Shown here piece by piece: positions 39,617 to 50,244 of a stretch of 64,000 nt of DNA; position 1 is the first letter of the stretch; every line of letters starts with the position of its first letter. This DNA comes from Methylococcaceae bacterium TMED69. Its GTDB lineage: Bacteria; Pseudomonadota; Gammaproteobacteria; Ga0077536. The notes below the pieces were generated by a model. The model had not been told where the DNA came from and searched no databases. It worked only from the letters and a program-made list of their open reading frames with translations. The DNA lies in assembly GCA_002170535.1 (NCBI GenBank), contig NHDW01000004.1, positions 250,190 to 314,189 on the forward strand. The letters run 5' to 3'. Position numbers and translations under genes: made by a program.

Positions 39617-41299
39617 TTGAGAGGATTCAAAGTTAATTTTCGAATATTGATTGCCCAATTTTGCTGTATTTTGTTTGGCTTAGTGCTGGTATTGAGGATG
39701 ATACAGATCAATTTCAATCAAAGTGATTTTCTTGTTGAAAAGGGAATTAATCAATATGGACAATTAAAAACGATTCCGACAAAAAGAGGGAAAATTTATG
39801 ATCGAAATGGCGAATTGCTAGCAATCAGTGCTGAAGCTTATTCTGTCTTTGTCAGGCCATCAGTTTTTAAAAAGAATCCTCATAATTGGAATCGGTTAGA
39901 AAGTTATCTTGGTCAAACAGCTGGCTACATCGAAAAAAGAATTAACAATACTCAATCAGATAAATTTACTTATTTGCAACCTAGGCTTCTCGCCCCACAG
40001 ACCATGCAACAGATTATGGATCTAGAATTAAAGGGTTTAGGAAAAGAACTAAGGTATCAGAGGTTTTATCCTCAAAGGGAAGCACTTGCACACCTTATAG
40101 GTTATACCAACGATGAGCACGTTGGCCAGGAAGGGATTGAATTAATTTTTGATGATTATCTTTCGGGTAAAAATGGAAAGAAAAAAGTTTTCCTTGATGC
40201 TAAAGGAAGAGAGATTGCTTCTTCTGATATGATTGTCCCAATGGTTCCGGGAAAAGATTTATTTCTGACCGTTGATCATAGGGCGCAATTTTATAGCAAT
40301 GAAATTCTAATCGAATCGCTTAAGTTTCATGAGGCGGATTCCGGATCGATAATGATCATAGACTCGGGTACGGGTGAAATTATTGCAATGGTGAACGCAC
40401 CAACTTTTAATCCTAATTCTCGCGCTACCTTCGAAGCATACCGAGTTAGAAACCGTGCGGTCACTGATTCCTATGAGCCAGGATCGACCCTTAAACCTTT
40501 TGTGATTGCTGCTGCACTAGAAAATAGAGTGCTAAATCCACTATCAAAAATTAATACCTCACCGGGATTATTGACGATTGGAAATTGGAAGATTGGTGAT
40601 GGAAGGGATCATGGGATAATCACAGTCGAACAGATTCTAGAAAAATCAAGTAACGTAGGCGTAGCAAAAATTTCTGATAGGTTAACTGGCGATGGTGTTT
40701 TAGGTATTTTAGGTCGATTTGGATTCGGTGAATATACTGGTGCTATGTTGCCTGGGGAGTCAACAGGTCACTTTCCAGAACAAAGGCGAATGAATTTTCT
40801 AAAAAAACGATCCTTGTCCTTTGGTTATGGCATTTCAGTAACAACCGCTCAACTAGCAAGAGCATATTCGGTCTTCGCTAATCATGGATATCTTAAAGAT
40901 TTAAAAATAACAAAGGATCTAATTAGTCGAGAGGCTGCTCAGATAGTGTCACGAAAGACATCTAATCAGATTTTGAATATGTTGAAAAAAGCTGTCCTGC
41001 AAGGAACTGGGAAATTGGCTCGGATTGATAGTTTTGATGTTTCAGGTAAAACGGGCACTGTAAGAAAAGCAAAGGCTGATGGATATTCTAATGAGGAACA
41101 CACTGTTTTCTTTGCGGGTATTCTCCCAACAAAAACGACTAACTATGTTTGTGTTGTAGTTATTGATAACCCAAGAGTGAATGGTTCGACGGGAGGCAAT
41201 GTTGCTGCTCCTATCTTTTCTAAACTAATGAGAGAATTAATACGAACGTTTGCTCTAGAACCCCCCTACAATAGTAGTAACCTACAGGGGGAAATTTAA
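39617..41299 (+). CDS. ftsI: Peptidoglycan D,D-transpeptidase PBP3
   Basis: RGKIYDRNG, SxxK (GSTLK), SxN (SSN), KTG. Confidence 0.96.
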   Translation: MRGFKVNFRILIAQFCCILFGLVLVLRMIQINFNQSDFLVEKGINQYGQLKTIPTKRGKIYDRNGELLAISAEAYSVFVRPSVFKKNPHNWNRLESYLGQTAGYIEKRINNTQSDKFTYLQPRLLAPQTMQQIMDLELKGLGKELRYQRFYPQREALAHLIGYTNDEHVGQEGIELIFDDYLSGKNGKKKVFLDAKGREIASSDMIVPMVPGKDLFLTVDHRAQFYSNEILIESLKFHEADSGSIMIIDSGTGEIIAMVNAPTFNPNSRATFEAYRVRNRAVTDSYEPGSTLKPFVIAAALENRVLNPLSKINTSPGLLTIGNWKIGDGRDHGIITVEQILEKSSNVGVAKISDRLTGDGVLGILGRFGFGEYTGAMLPGESTGHFPEQRRMNFLKKRSLSFGYGISVTTAQLARAYSVFANHGYLKDLKITKDLISREAAQIVSRKTSNQILNMLKKAVLQGTGKLARIDSFDVSGKTGTVRKAKADGYSNEEHTVFFAGILPTKTTNYVCVVVIDNPRVNGSTGGNVAAPIFSKLMRELIRTFALEPPYNSSNLQGEI

Positions 41300-42838
41300 T
41301 TGGTGGCCATTAAAAATACTAGTAAAAAATTCAAAACTAAATTTCTTGACCAAATTTTAGAAGATATTGCCACTGTTCCTCCTTCAATGAATAAAGAAAT
41401 ATTTGAAATAGCTCTTGACAGTCGAAAGGTGGTTTTAAATAGTTGTTTTTTTTCAATAAAAGGAAGGAAAGAAAATGGGCTAGATTATATTCAACATGCT
41501 TTATCTAAAGGTGCCGTTGCTGTAGTTGCTGATGATAAAAAAGCAAAAGACCAATGCGCCCGAGGAGGAGTTCCTTTGTTTGTAATTCCTGAATTGAAGA
41601 AACATTTGGGAACTATTGCAAGAAGATTCTACGATGATCCATCTAGCGAAATGAAAGTTATTGGGGTAACTGGTACAAATGGAAAAACAACTATTGCGTA
41701 TTTACTAAAAGAGGCTTTGCAATATCTGAAAAAGCGCTGCCTCTATGTAGGCACTTTAGGGGCTGGTTCGTTAGAGTATAAGAATTTTTTGCAACTTAAT
41801 AATACTACCCCGGATATTTTTACACTTAATAATCTGTTTCGGACTCATTCGCAGAACGGTGTTACTTATTGTGCACTTGAGGCTTCTTCTATAGGTCTAG
41901 ATCAGGATAGATTGCAGAATTTAAGTCTAGATATAGGAATTTTTTCAAACATAACACAGGATCACCTTGACTATCATAACGATTTTGAAACGTACAAAAA
42001 TGCTAAAGCCAAATTGTTCAAGATTAAAAATTTGAAATATGCAATCATTAATATTGATGATGAATTCGGCAGCTTACTCGCCAATTCGCTTAGTAAAAGC
42101 ATAAACCTTTTTAAAATCTCTTTAAACCAGAGCATGCTTAAATCTGACAAAGCGATTTTAGGTGCTAGACATCTTAGTTTCGATAAGGCCGGATGTGCTT
42201 TTGATCTAGTATATGGAGCTCAAACGCATTCCGTTAAATCACGTTTGATTGGTAGGTACAATATTTTAAATCTGCTTGCGGTAGCAGCAGTTCTAATTTC
42301 TCAAGATGTACCTCTGGATGAGGTAGCTGTCATTTTATCTTCAATAGGAGATGTTCCTGGAAGAATGGAGCGCTGTGGTAGAAACTTTAAAGGTTGTCCA
42401 ATTTATATTGATTATGCTCATACACCAGATGCTTTAGAGAATGCTCTCGTTTCGTTGAGGCAAATCTACCCAAGTTCGGCAAACAAATTAATTTTAGTTT
42501 TTGGTTGCGGTGGTGACCGAGATAAGAATAAAAGGCCTTTTATGGGTGCAATTGCGGAAAAATATGCCGATTCAGTGATGTTAACATCTGATAATTCTCG
42601 AAATGAAAGTTCATTGAATATTATTGAAGACATTCTCAAAGGAATTAAAGATAAATCGCAAATTATGATAAATACAGATAGAGAGCTGGCAATTAATCTT
42701 TCAATACAAAGTGCAAAAGAAAATGATGTAATTTTGATAGCCGGTAAGGGTCACGAGGAGTATCAAGAAATATTCTCCAAAAAACAGTTCTTTTCCGATA
42801 GGTTAATCATAAAAAAATTACTGGGAGAAGAACTATGA
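41300..42838 (+). CDS. murE: UDP-MurNAc-dipeptide:meso-DAP ligase
   Basis: GVTGTNGKTT, TTPD, EASS, DHLDYH, DYAHTPDAL, GCGGDRD, DNSR, AGKGHE. Confidence 0.96.
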   Translation: MVAIKNTSKKFKTKFLDQILEDIATVPPSMNKEIFEIALDSRKVVLNSCFFSIKGRKENGLDYIQHALSKGAVAVVADDKKAKDQCARGGVPLFVIPELKKHLGTIARRFYDDPSSEMKVIGVTGTNGKTTIAYLLKEALQYLKKRCLYVGTLGAGSLEYKNFLQLNNTTPDIFTLNNLFRTHSQNGVTYCALEASSIGLDQDRLQNLSLDIGIFSNITQDHLDYHNDFETYKNAKAKLFKIKNLKYAIINIDDEFGSLLANSLSKSINLFKISLNQSMLKSDKAILGARHLSFDKAGCAFDLVYGAQTHSVKSRLIGRYNILNLLAVAAVLISQDVPLDEVAVILSSIGDVPGRMERCGRNFKGCPIYIDYAHTPDALENALVSLRQIYPSSANKLILVFGCGGDRDKNKRPFMGAIAEKYADSVMLTSDNSRNESSLNIIEDILKGIKDKSQIMINTDRELAINLSIQSAKENDVILIAGKGHEEYQEIFSKKQFFSDRLIIKKLLGEEL

Positions 42839-44187
42839 TTCAAATGAGGGTAGCTGATTTACCAAATATTTTGAATATAAAAAAAATCAACTCTGAACAG
42901 ATTTTCAAAGGGGTTTCAATAAATAGTCGAAATACAGTGCCAGACAATTTATTTGTTGCGATAAAAGGAAAAAGATATGACGGACATGATTACGTCAAGG
43001 AAGCGATAGATAAAGGGGCAATTGCTGCTGTAGTAGAAAGATTTAATCCTAGACTCAGTGGAATTCAACTTGTCGTTGCTGATACTATGAAAGCTCTAGG
43101 TGCTCTAGCCAGTAACTGGAGAACTAAATTTCAAGTACCTGTTATTGCAATTACAGGCTCTGTTGGGAAAACAACCGTAAAAGAAATGATCGGCTCTATT
43201 TTGAGTCAGTTAGGATCGTGCCTAACAAGTCATGGAAATATGAATAATGAGATAGGCCTCCCGTTAACCCTATTCAGCATCGAAAATGAAACCAAATTTG
43301 TTGTGGTAGAAATGGGCGCAGCAAAAAATGGCGATATAGATTATCTAGCGAAAATTGCTAAACCTAGTATTGGGATAATTACGTGTTGTGCACCTGCGCA
43401 CCTAGAAAATCTTGAATCATTGGAAAATATTGCGATAACGAAAGGAGCTTTGGTTAGTAACCTGCCGCCTAATGGAACTGCTGTGTTAAACAGAGAAGAT
43501 AGATTCTTTGATTACTGGAAAAAAACAAATTCATCTTCAAATTTAGTTTCGTTTGGAAAGGGCGGTGATTGCTTTTCTAGTCAAGAGTTGCTTGAAGCTG
43601 ATTCCTCTTTGTTTCAACTTAATTTCAGATCTTTTGTAGGCAAGTTGGAAATTGAACAAGTTGGCCAGCACAATATAAAAAATGCTTTGGCGGCCGCAGC
43701 TGCCTCATTTGTCTTAAAGACAGATCCGCAAACGATCGCTAAGGGTTTAAAGAAGGCTCCTAGGATTCCTGGAAGATTGTTTTGGGTTAGAGGAAAGAGG
43801 ATTAACATTTTAGATGACTCATACAATGCTAATCCAAGAGCCCTACGTGCTGCTATAGACACCTTGTGCTATGAAAAGGGAGAGAAGTGGATCGTGCTTG
43901 GGGATATGCTAGAGCTAGGCTCAAATGCCCAAGAATTACATAATGAGTCAATAATAAAAATAAATAAATCCGGAATCAGCAGACTATTCTGCCTCGGCTC
44001 TTTTTTTGGTAAAGCAAGCCGGTACTTTGAGAGGCAATCCGAAAATTTTACCGACGTTGATAATTTAATTTTGCGACTCAGGGACTTAATCTGTACATCA
44101 GAAAAAAAAGTTTCAGTTTTAATTAAAGGGTCTAGGGCGTTACAGCTTGATCAAGTAGTTGAAGCATTAAAAAAGGCAAATGTCTAA
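42835..44187 (+). CDS. murF: UDP-MurNAc-tripeptide:D-Ala-D-Ala ligase
   Basis: ITGSVGKTTVKE, NNEIGLP, DDSYNANP, LGDMLELG, KGSR. Confidence 0.96.
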   Translation: MIQMRVADLPNILNIKKINSEQIFKGVSINSRNTVPDNLFVAIKGKRYDGHDYVKEAIDKGAIAAVVERFNPRLSGIQLVVADTMKALGALASNWRTKFQVPVIAITGSVGKTTVKEMIGSILSQLGSCLTSHGNMNNEIGLPLTLFSIENETKFVVVEMGAAKNGDIDYLAKIAKPSIGIITCCAPAHLENLESLENIAITKGALVSNLPPNGTAVLNREDRFFDYWKKTNSSSNLVSFGKGGDCFSSQELLEADSSLFQLNFRSFVGKLEIEQVGQHNIKNALAAAAASFVLKTDPQTIAKGLKKAPRIPGRLFWVRGKRINILDDSYNANPRALRAAIDTLCYEKGEKWIVLGDMLELGSNAQELHNESIIKINKSGISRLFCLGSFFGKASRYFERQSENFTDVDNLILRLRDLICTSEKKVSVLIKGSRALQLDQVVEALKKANV

Positions 44188-45269
44188 TGTTTTATTTCCT
44201 AGGAGATCAAATTACACAATATTACTCATCGTTCGGTTTATTTAAGTATTTGACCTTTCGAATGATAATGGCCACTCTTACGGCTTTTTCTATTTCTATT
44301 TTTTTTGGTACTAACTTTATTAAAAAGCTTAAGGATTATCAAATTAAACAAAATGTGAGGAGGGATGGCCCAGAATCGCATCTAGTTAAAGAAGGCACGC
44401 CAACAATGGGGGGCGCGTTGATTCTTTTTGCGCTAATAACGAGCACTCTTCTTTGGAGTGATCTCAGTTCAAGATTTTCGTGGATCTGTTTATTTTCCAT
44501 TGCCTTATTTGCATTAATTGGCTTTTATGATGACTTTAGTAAAATAAAAAGACGCTCGTCGGAAGGTCTTACCGCAAAACAAAAGATTTTTTTTCAATTC
44601 GTTGCGGCGTCAATAGTAGCTTTGTTAATTTATAAAACGGCGGCTACTTCTGATGAATTAATTTTTATCATTCCATTTTTTAAGGAAGTGGGTATTGATA
44701 TGGGTGTCTTCTTTGTCTTGTTTTCTTGTCTGGTGATCGTTGGTACAAGTAATGCTGTGAATTTAAGTGACGGTCTAGATGGTCTTGCTATAGTTCCAAT
44801 TATAATGATCTCAGCAGCATTTATTGGGCTGGCTTATGTTGCAGGAAATATTAACTTTTCTGAATATCTTTCTGTCCCCTACGTCCGGACGGTAGGTGAG
44901 GTATGTATATTTTGTGGAGCAATTGTTGGGGCTGGCTTGGGATTTCTCTGGTTTAACTCCTATCCAGCTGAGATTTTTATGGGAGATATTGGTTCTTTGG
45001 GCTTAGGGGCCGCATTGGGTACAGTTGCGGTCTTGGTACGACAAGAATTATTGTTATTTATTATGGGTGGTGTCTTAGTTCTAGAAACCATATCAGTTAT
45101 TTTGCAGGTTGCGAGCTTTAAGATTAGAGGGAAAAGAGTTTTTAAAATGGCTCCAATCCACCATCATTTTGAACTTAAAGGTTGGCCTGAGCCGAAAGTA
45201 ATCGTGCGGTTTTGGATAATGACGGCAATCTTAGTTCTGGTTGCTTTAGCAACACTAAAGGTGAGATGA
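44187..45269 (+). CDS. mraY: Phospho-N-acetylmuramoyl-pentapeptide transferase
   Basis: GTPTMGG, DD, NAVNLSDGLDGL, FMGD.GS, MAPIHHHFE. Confidence 0.97.
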   Translation: MFYFLGDQITQYYSSFGLFKYLTFRMIMATLTAFSISIFFGTNFIKKLKDYQIKQNVRRDGPESHLVKEGTPTMGGALILFALITSTLLWSDLSSRFSWICLFSIALFALIGFYDDFSKIKRRSSEGLTAKQKIFFQFVAASIVALLIYKTAATSDELIFIIPFFKEVGIDMGVFFVLFSCLVIVGTSNAVNLSDGLDGLAIVPIIMISAAFIGLAYVAGNINFSEYLSVPYVRTVGEVCIFCGAIVGAGLGFLWFNSYPAEIFMGDIGSLGLGAALGTVAVLVRQELLLFIMGGVLVLETISVILQVASFKIRGKRVFKMAPIHHHFELKGWPEPKVIVRFWIMTAILVLVALATLKVR

Positions 45270-46618
45270 AAAAAAGTATGTTTTTATCAATTGCACAAAA
45301 TGATTTTTGCGTAGTTCTAGGGTTGGGTAAGACGGGAGAATCGATTATTGAGTATTTAGATCGAAAAAAAATTAAGGTCTGCGGTATGGACTCTCGTATT
45401 TCCCCTCCATGTATAAAGAGGCTTAAAAAATCCTTTGCCGACGTATTTTATTGTTTGGGTAAAATAGACGATGATTTGTTGGAGAAGTGTAGTCTGATCA
45501 TTACGAGCCCCGGATTTGAATATGGGAATATCAAAAAAAAATATGGAGAAAAATTAATTAGTGATATTGAGCTATTTTCAAATGAGGTTAAGACACCAGT
45601 TATTGCGGTGACCGGAACAAACGGCAAATCGACTGTATCCGCTTTAATAAAATTGGTTTTGGAAAGCGCTGGCTTTAATGTGGCCTTGGGAGGGAACTTT
45701 GGGAGACCCGCCCTTGATCTACTAAAAGAAAAAACGCTGGATTATTTGATTTTGGAGCTTTCAAGTTTTCAACTCGAAAACACCTATTCACTGCAGCCTT
45801 TTATTGGGGTTATTACAAATATATCTGAAGACCACCTTGATAGACATTTATCTTTTTTTAGATACAAACAAATAAAAGAGAAATTGTTTGAATGGTCAAC
45901 TAATATCGTGGTGTGTAGAGATGAACAATGGAGTTCAAAATATTGTGAAGCTGAAACCGCAAAGACGTTTTCAATTAATAAGCCAAGTGAAATTGGCTTT
46001 GGCATTATAGAAAAATGTAATAAGAAATATTTTGGTTTTGACGAGAGGCTTTTGTTTTCCGTCGAGGATATAAAAATATTCGGAGAGCATAATTGGCTCA
46101 ATGTTTTAGCGGTTTTGGCTGCTGTATCCAATTGTACGAAACTAGATGCTTGTATGTTTGGAGAAATCAAAAAATTTAAAGGCCTTCCCCATAGATCAGA
46201 GTTTGTGTCAAAAATAAAGGGAATAACATTTATTAATGATTCGAAAGCAACGAATGTTGGCGCGGCTATTGCTGCAATGAATTCTTTTTTTTCGAACAGA
46301 AAAGGCGTCCTGATAGCAGGAGGATTATTTAAAGGTGGTAATATTTGGCAATTTGCCAAAGCAATTGAGCAATTTTGTCATTCTGTTGTTCTGATAGGAT
46401 CCTGTGCAGAAAAAATAGAATCCACTTTATCAGATAGCGTGTTCTGCAAGACTGCTTCTAGCCTCAGAGGTGCTGTTCAAGAAGCCGCGTTCCTCGCGAA
46501 GGCAGGTGATACAGTACTATTGTCTCCTGCTTCTTCTAGTCTAGATATGTTCACAAACTATGAGCAAAGAGGAGATGTCTTTAAACAGGCGGTATCTCAA
46601 TGGGGTCAGAATGGATAA
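45266..46618 (+). CDS. murD: UDP-MurNAc-L-Ala:D-Glu ligase
   Basis: GLGKTG, TGTNGKST, ELSSFQL, DHLDRH, NDSKATN; start set at ATG 45266 (ATGA overlap with mraY). Confidence 0.95.
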   Translation: MKKSMFLSIAQNDFCVVLGLGKTGESIIEYLDRKKIKVCGMDSRISPPCIKRLKKSFADVFYCLGKIDDDLLEKCSLIITSPGFEYGNIKKKYGEKLISDIELFSNEVKTPVIAVTGTNGKSTVSALIKLVLESAGFNVALGGNFGRPALDLLKEKTLDYLILELSSFQLENTYSLQPFIGVITNISEDHLDRHLSFFRYKQIKEKLFEWSTNIVVCRDEQWSSKYCEAETAKTFSINKPSEIGFGIIEKCNKKYFGFDERLLFSVEDIKIFGEHNWLNVLAVLAAVSNCTKLDACMFGEIKKFKGLPHRSEFVSKIKGITFINDSKATNVGAAIAAMNSFFSNRKGVLIAGGLFKGGNIWQFAKAIEQFCHSVVLIGSCAEKIESTLSDSVFCKTASSLRGAVQEAAFLAKAGDTVLLSPASSSLDMFTNYEQRGDVFKQAVSQWGQNG

Positions 46619-47780
46619 AAATACGATATTAAATTTCTTCCATAATAAGCGAGATTTTTATTTTGATCCGTTCCTGCTAATTCCTGTTTTTTCTTTGCTA
46701 TCGGTTGGCTTTATTATGGTGCTTTCAACCACACTACCATTAGGTGATTACTATGGGCGAGATCCGTTCAATTATTTCCGAAGACAGATTTTAACTGTTA
46801 TATTTTCTACTTGCTTTTTTATTCCTCTCTGTTTCATTTCCATAAAAAGAATTCAAGAATTTAGCACTACGATTCTTTTTGTGAATTTATTTCTTTTGGC
46901 ATTGGTTCTAGTTCCCGGTGTTGGCCATACCGTTAATGGTGCTACTCGCTGGATTAATATTTTTGGTTTTTATTTTCAGCCTTCAGAGTGGGTTAAGCTC
47001 ACGATTGTGGTGTATGTAGCTAGTTATATAATGAGGCACGAAGAGAGAGTAGCGACTAGTCTAAATGGTTTTTTAAGGCCTTTTTTTATCATAATAGTAG
47101 CGTCTTTTTTACTGCTCCTAGAGCCTGACTTTGGCAGCTCAGTGGTATTGACGATGACAGCCTTAGGAATGTTATTTTTTGCCCGTGTTTCCTTTTTTCG
47201 ACTTCTTAGTTGGTGTTTACTTTCTGTAAGTGTCTTATTGTTTCTTGCGTTTGCAGAACCTTATCGTTTGGAGAGATTGCTTAGTTTTTTAGATCCATGG
47301 TCCGATCCTCTTGATTCAGGATGGCAATTAACCCAAGCACTTATTGCATTTGCAAATGGTGGTTGGTTTGGTGTTGGATTGGGAAACAGCATGCAAAAAT
47401 TCTTTTATTTACCGGAAGTACACACTGATTTTGTATTCGCGGTTTTGGGTGAAGAGTTAGGGATAGTTGGTGGTTCGTCTCTGATTATATTATTTCTAGT
47501 ATTAATAACTCGGCTCTTTTATCTAGGTGGTAAGGCTATAGAAATTGGCGAAAAATTCTTAGGGTATGTTGTAAATGGCATAGGAGTAAGTATCGCAAGC
47601 CAGTGTTTTTTAAATATTGCGGTCAACCTTGGGCTTTTACCAACGAAAGGTTTGCCACTTCCCTTCGTAAGTTATGGCAATAACAATCTAATGGTTTGCT
47701 GTATCTCTGTGGGGATCGCATTGATAGTTGGATCTGAAGTGAATAGGATTTTGAAAAGGGGTAATAGTGAAAGCTGGTGA
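46611..47780 (+). CDS. ftsW: SEDS peptidoglycan polymerase FtsW
   Basis: RWI, QPSE..K, EPDFG, LPEVHTDF, GEELG, TKGLPLPFVSYG; start set at ATG 46611. Confidence 0.96.
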   Translation: MDKNTILNFFHNKRDFYFDPFLLIPVFSLLSVGFIMVLSTTLPLGDYYGRDPFNYFRRQILTVIFSTCFFIPLCFISIKRIQEFSTTILFVNLFLLALVLVPGVGHTVNGATRWINIFGFYFQPSEWVKLTIVVYVASYIMRHEERVATSLNGFLRPFFIIIVASFLLLLEPDFGSSVVLTMTALGMLFFARVSFFRLLSWCLLSVSVLLFLAFAEPYRLERLLSFLDPWSDPLDSGWQLTQALIAFANGGWFGVGLGNSMQKFFYLPEVHTDFVFAVLGEELGIVGGSSLIILFLVLITRLFYLGGKAIEIGEKFLGYVVNGIGVSIASQCFLNIAVNLGLLPTKGLPLPFVSYGNNNLMVCCISVGIALIVGSEVNRILKRGNSESW

Positions 47781-48849
47781 TTCGATTTTTATCGCGGCTG
47801 GAGGCACCGGTGGGCACACTTATCCCGCTCTAGCTATAAGCGAGGAATTTCAGAAAGAAGGAATAAATATTTATTGGATTGGGTCACTACATGGGATGGA
47901 AAAAAAAATAGTGGGTGATAAAAATATAAAATTTTTAGGTATACCAGTTTCTGGATACAGGAGCAAAAGCAAGCTAAAAACAATTTATAGTATTCTTTTG
48001 GCGATTGTCTCGACCTTTTTCTCGTTGTTTTTGATATTTAAGATTAGACCAAAATTGGTATTAGGAATGGGCGGTTATGTCAGTGGGCCCATAGGTTTAG
48101 CAGCCATTTTAGCCCGTACTAAATTGGCAATCCATGAACAAAATGCTGTTCCTGGATTGACTAATAAAATTTTATGTAAATTTGCTAACAGAGTTTTTGA
48201 AGGTTTTCCCGATACATTTGAATCCACTGAAGCAATTTACTCTGGAAGCCCTGTTAGAAAACAGATTTGGTTAGCAAATAAAAATACCGAAAAAAAACCT
48301 GAAAGACTAAATCGTATCTTGATTTTAGGTGGAAGTACGGGGGCTAGGTTTTTAAATAATTTTATGCCAAGAGTAATACAAAAACTCTGTAGTGAAGATA
48401 AAATTAAAGTATTACATCAGACAGGTAAAAATGATCTTTCAGTTACTAAAGATTTATATAAAACACTTAATCTAGAGGATTGTGTGACAGTTGTTCCATA
48501 TATTGAGGCTATGGATGAAGCCTATAAGAATCACGATTTAATGTTATCAAGAGCAGGTGCTTCGACAATTTCCGAAATTTTAGCTGTTGGGATAAATTCG
48601 ATTTTAATTCCTTTTCCTTTCGCTGTCGATTCACACCAAGAAGTTAATGCGAGATTTTTGGCGGATAAAGGTGCTTGCCATTTGATCCTTGAAAAGGACT
48701 GTCAGCTGGACAGTTTTGTGGAGCTGATTCAACGAGTCGGATTTAAAGAGCATATAAGGCAAAGAATCATTTTGACGACTTCCCTAATGGCAAAACCTGA
48801 CTCGGCATCAATAATAATGAATTCATGCATGGAGCTTTTTAATGCTTAA
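47767..48849 (+). CDS. murG: Lipid II GlcNAc transferase
   Basis: GGTGGH, GMGGYVS.P, HEQN, GGS.GA, RAGASTI.E. Confidence 0.96.
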   Translation: MKAGDSIFIAAGGTGGHTYPALAISEEFQKEGINIYWIGSLHGMEKKIVGDKNIKFLGIPVSGYRSKSKLKTIYSILLAIVSTFFSLFLIFKIRPKLVLGMGGYVSGPIGLAAILARTKLAIHEQNAVPGLTNKILCKFANRVFEGFPDTFESTEAIYSGSPVRKQIWLANKNTEKKPERLNRILILGGSTGARFLNNFMPRVIQKLCSEDKIKVLHQTGKNDLSVTKDLYKTLNLEDCVTVVPYIEAMDEAYKNHDLMLSRAGASTISEILAVGINSILIPFPFAVDSHQEVNARFLADKGACHLILEKDCQLDSFVELIQRVGFKEHIRQRIILTTSLMAKPDSASIIMNSCMELFNA

Positions 48850-50236
48850 AGAAGAAAATTATCTTTTAAAGAGAATTAAAAGTTTCCATTGTATTGGAAT
48901 TGGTGGAACAGGGTTAAGTGGTATTTCGGAGGTTTTAAAATCTTTGGGTTACAATGTTACTGGCTCGGATATACGAAGGACTAAGGTAACTGATCGTTTA
49001 ATTTGTAAAGGTATTAAAGTTTATATCGGTCATGCGGCTTCCAATTTGGAAAATGTCGATGCAGTAATCTATTCAAGTGCAATCGGAGCAGATAACGTTG
49101 AATTAAAATCTGCCAAGAAATCGAGAATTCCAACTATTCCAAGAGCTCAGATGTTAGCAGAGCTAATGCGATTTAATCATGGTATAGCCATAGCTGGCAC
49201 ACATGGAAAAACGACCACCACAAGCTTAATTTCCAGTATTTTGGCTGATAGTGGAAAGGATCCTACGTTCATAGTCGGTGGAATAATTAAAGGAGTTGAT
49301 GCGAATGCGAGATTGGGCAGAGGCGAGTACCTTGTTGTAGAGGCGGATGAGAGTGACGGCTCTTTTTTGAGATTATCTCCTTTAATGGCGGTTTTAACAA
49401 ACGTTGATCGAGATCATTTGGAAAATTTTGATGGCGATTTTGCTGCTCTTCACAACTGTTTTAAAGAATTTTTGCTAAGATTGCCTTTTTACGGAATTGC
49501 TTTTATATGTTTCGATGATCCAAATGCGATTTCTATAGCTCGAGAATTGAATGCTAACGTCATTACTTATGGTATGAATCCAGGTGCCGATTATGTTGCA
49601 ACAGATCTTGAGCATCGGGACGGTTTTGAGATTTTTAATCTGAAATTTGATAATCAGTGTCATAAAATGAGACTTAATCTATCCGGTATTCATAATGTTC
49701 AAAATGCCTTGGCGGCCATAGCAGTAGCTAAAGAGCTGGAGGTTTCAATTGAAGATATAAAACAAAGTCTCGAGAAATTTAAAGGAATAGACCGCCGATG
49801 CCAGGTCTACGAGAATCAAATTATAGAACAAAAGACCTGTACATTTATCGATGATTATGGTCACCACCCTGAAGAAGTAAAAATGGTCATATCTACGATT
49901 CGGAGGAGGTGGCCAGAGTTACGGCTGGTCGTAGTCTTTCAGCCTCATCGCTATACCAGGACAAATGATCTTTTCGAGGACTTTGTTGAGGTTTTAAGCG
50001 ATGTTGATTATTTAATTTTGTTGGAGGTTTATGCTGCTGGTGAAAAATTTATAAAGGGCGCTGATAGTCGAAGTTTAGCAAAAGCAATTAGAAATAGGGG
50101 TAAGGTCGATCCAGTCTTTGCGCCTCATATTGGTTCAGTACCGGATGTGTTAAAGGATGTTGTTCAGGAAGGTGATCTAATAGCATTTCTTGGTGCTGGG
50201 GATGTGGGTAAATTAGTAGAAAATTTGGGTCATTAA
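48842..50236 (+). CDS. murC: UDP-MurNAc:L-Ala ligase
   Basis: GIGGTGLS, AGTHGKTTTT, EADESD, DDYGHHP.E, FQPHRYTR. Confidence 0.97.
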   Translation: MLKEENYLLKRIKSFHCIGIGGTGLSGISEVLKSLGYNVTGSDIRRTKVTDRLICKGIKVYIGHAASNLENVDAVIYSSAIGADNVELKSAKKSRIPTIPRAQMLAELMRFNHGIAIAGTHGKTTTTSLISSILADSGKDPTFIVGGIIKGVDANARLGRGEYLVVEADESDGSFLRLSPLMAVLTNVDRDHLENFDGDFAALHNCFKEFLLRLPFYGIAFICFDDPNAISIARELNANVITYGMNPGADYVATDLEHRDGFEIFNLKFDNQCHKMRLNLSGIHNVQNALAAIAVAKELEVSIEDIKQSLEKFKGIDRRCQVYENQIIEQKTCTFIDDYGHHPEEVKMVISTIRRRWPELRLVVVFQPHRYTRTNDLFEDFVEVLSDVDYLILLEVYAAGEKFIKGADSRSLAKAIRNRGKVDPVFAPHIGSVPDVLKDVVQEGDLIAFLGAGDVGKLVENLGH

Positions 50237-50244
50237 TAGAGGGT

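Noticed and set aside
45784-46359. 191-aa minus-strand ORF (and the many other 60-140 aa nested ORFs)
   Set aside because: Fully antisense or out of frame within conserved genes, with no recognisable domain
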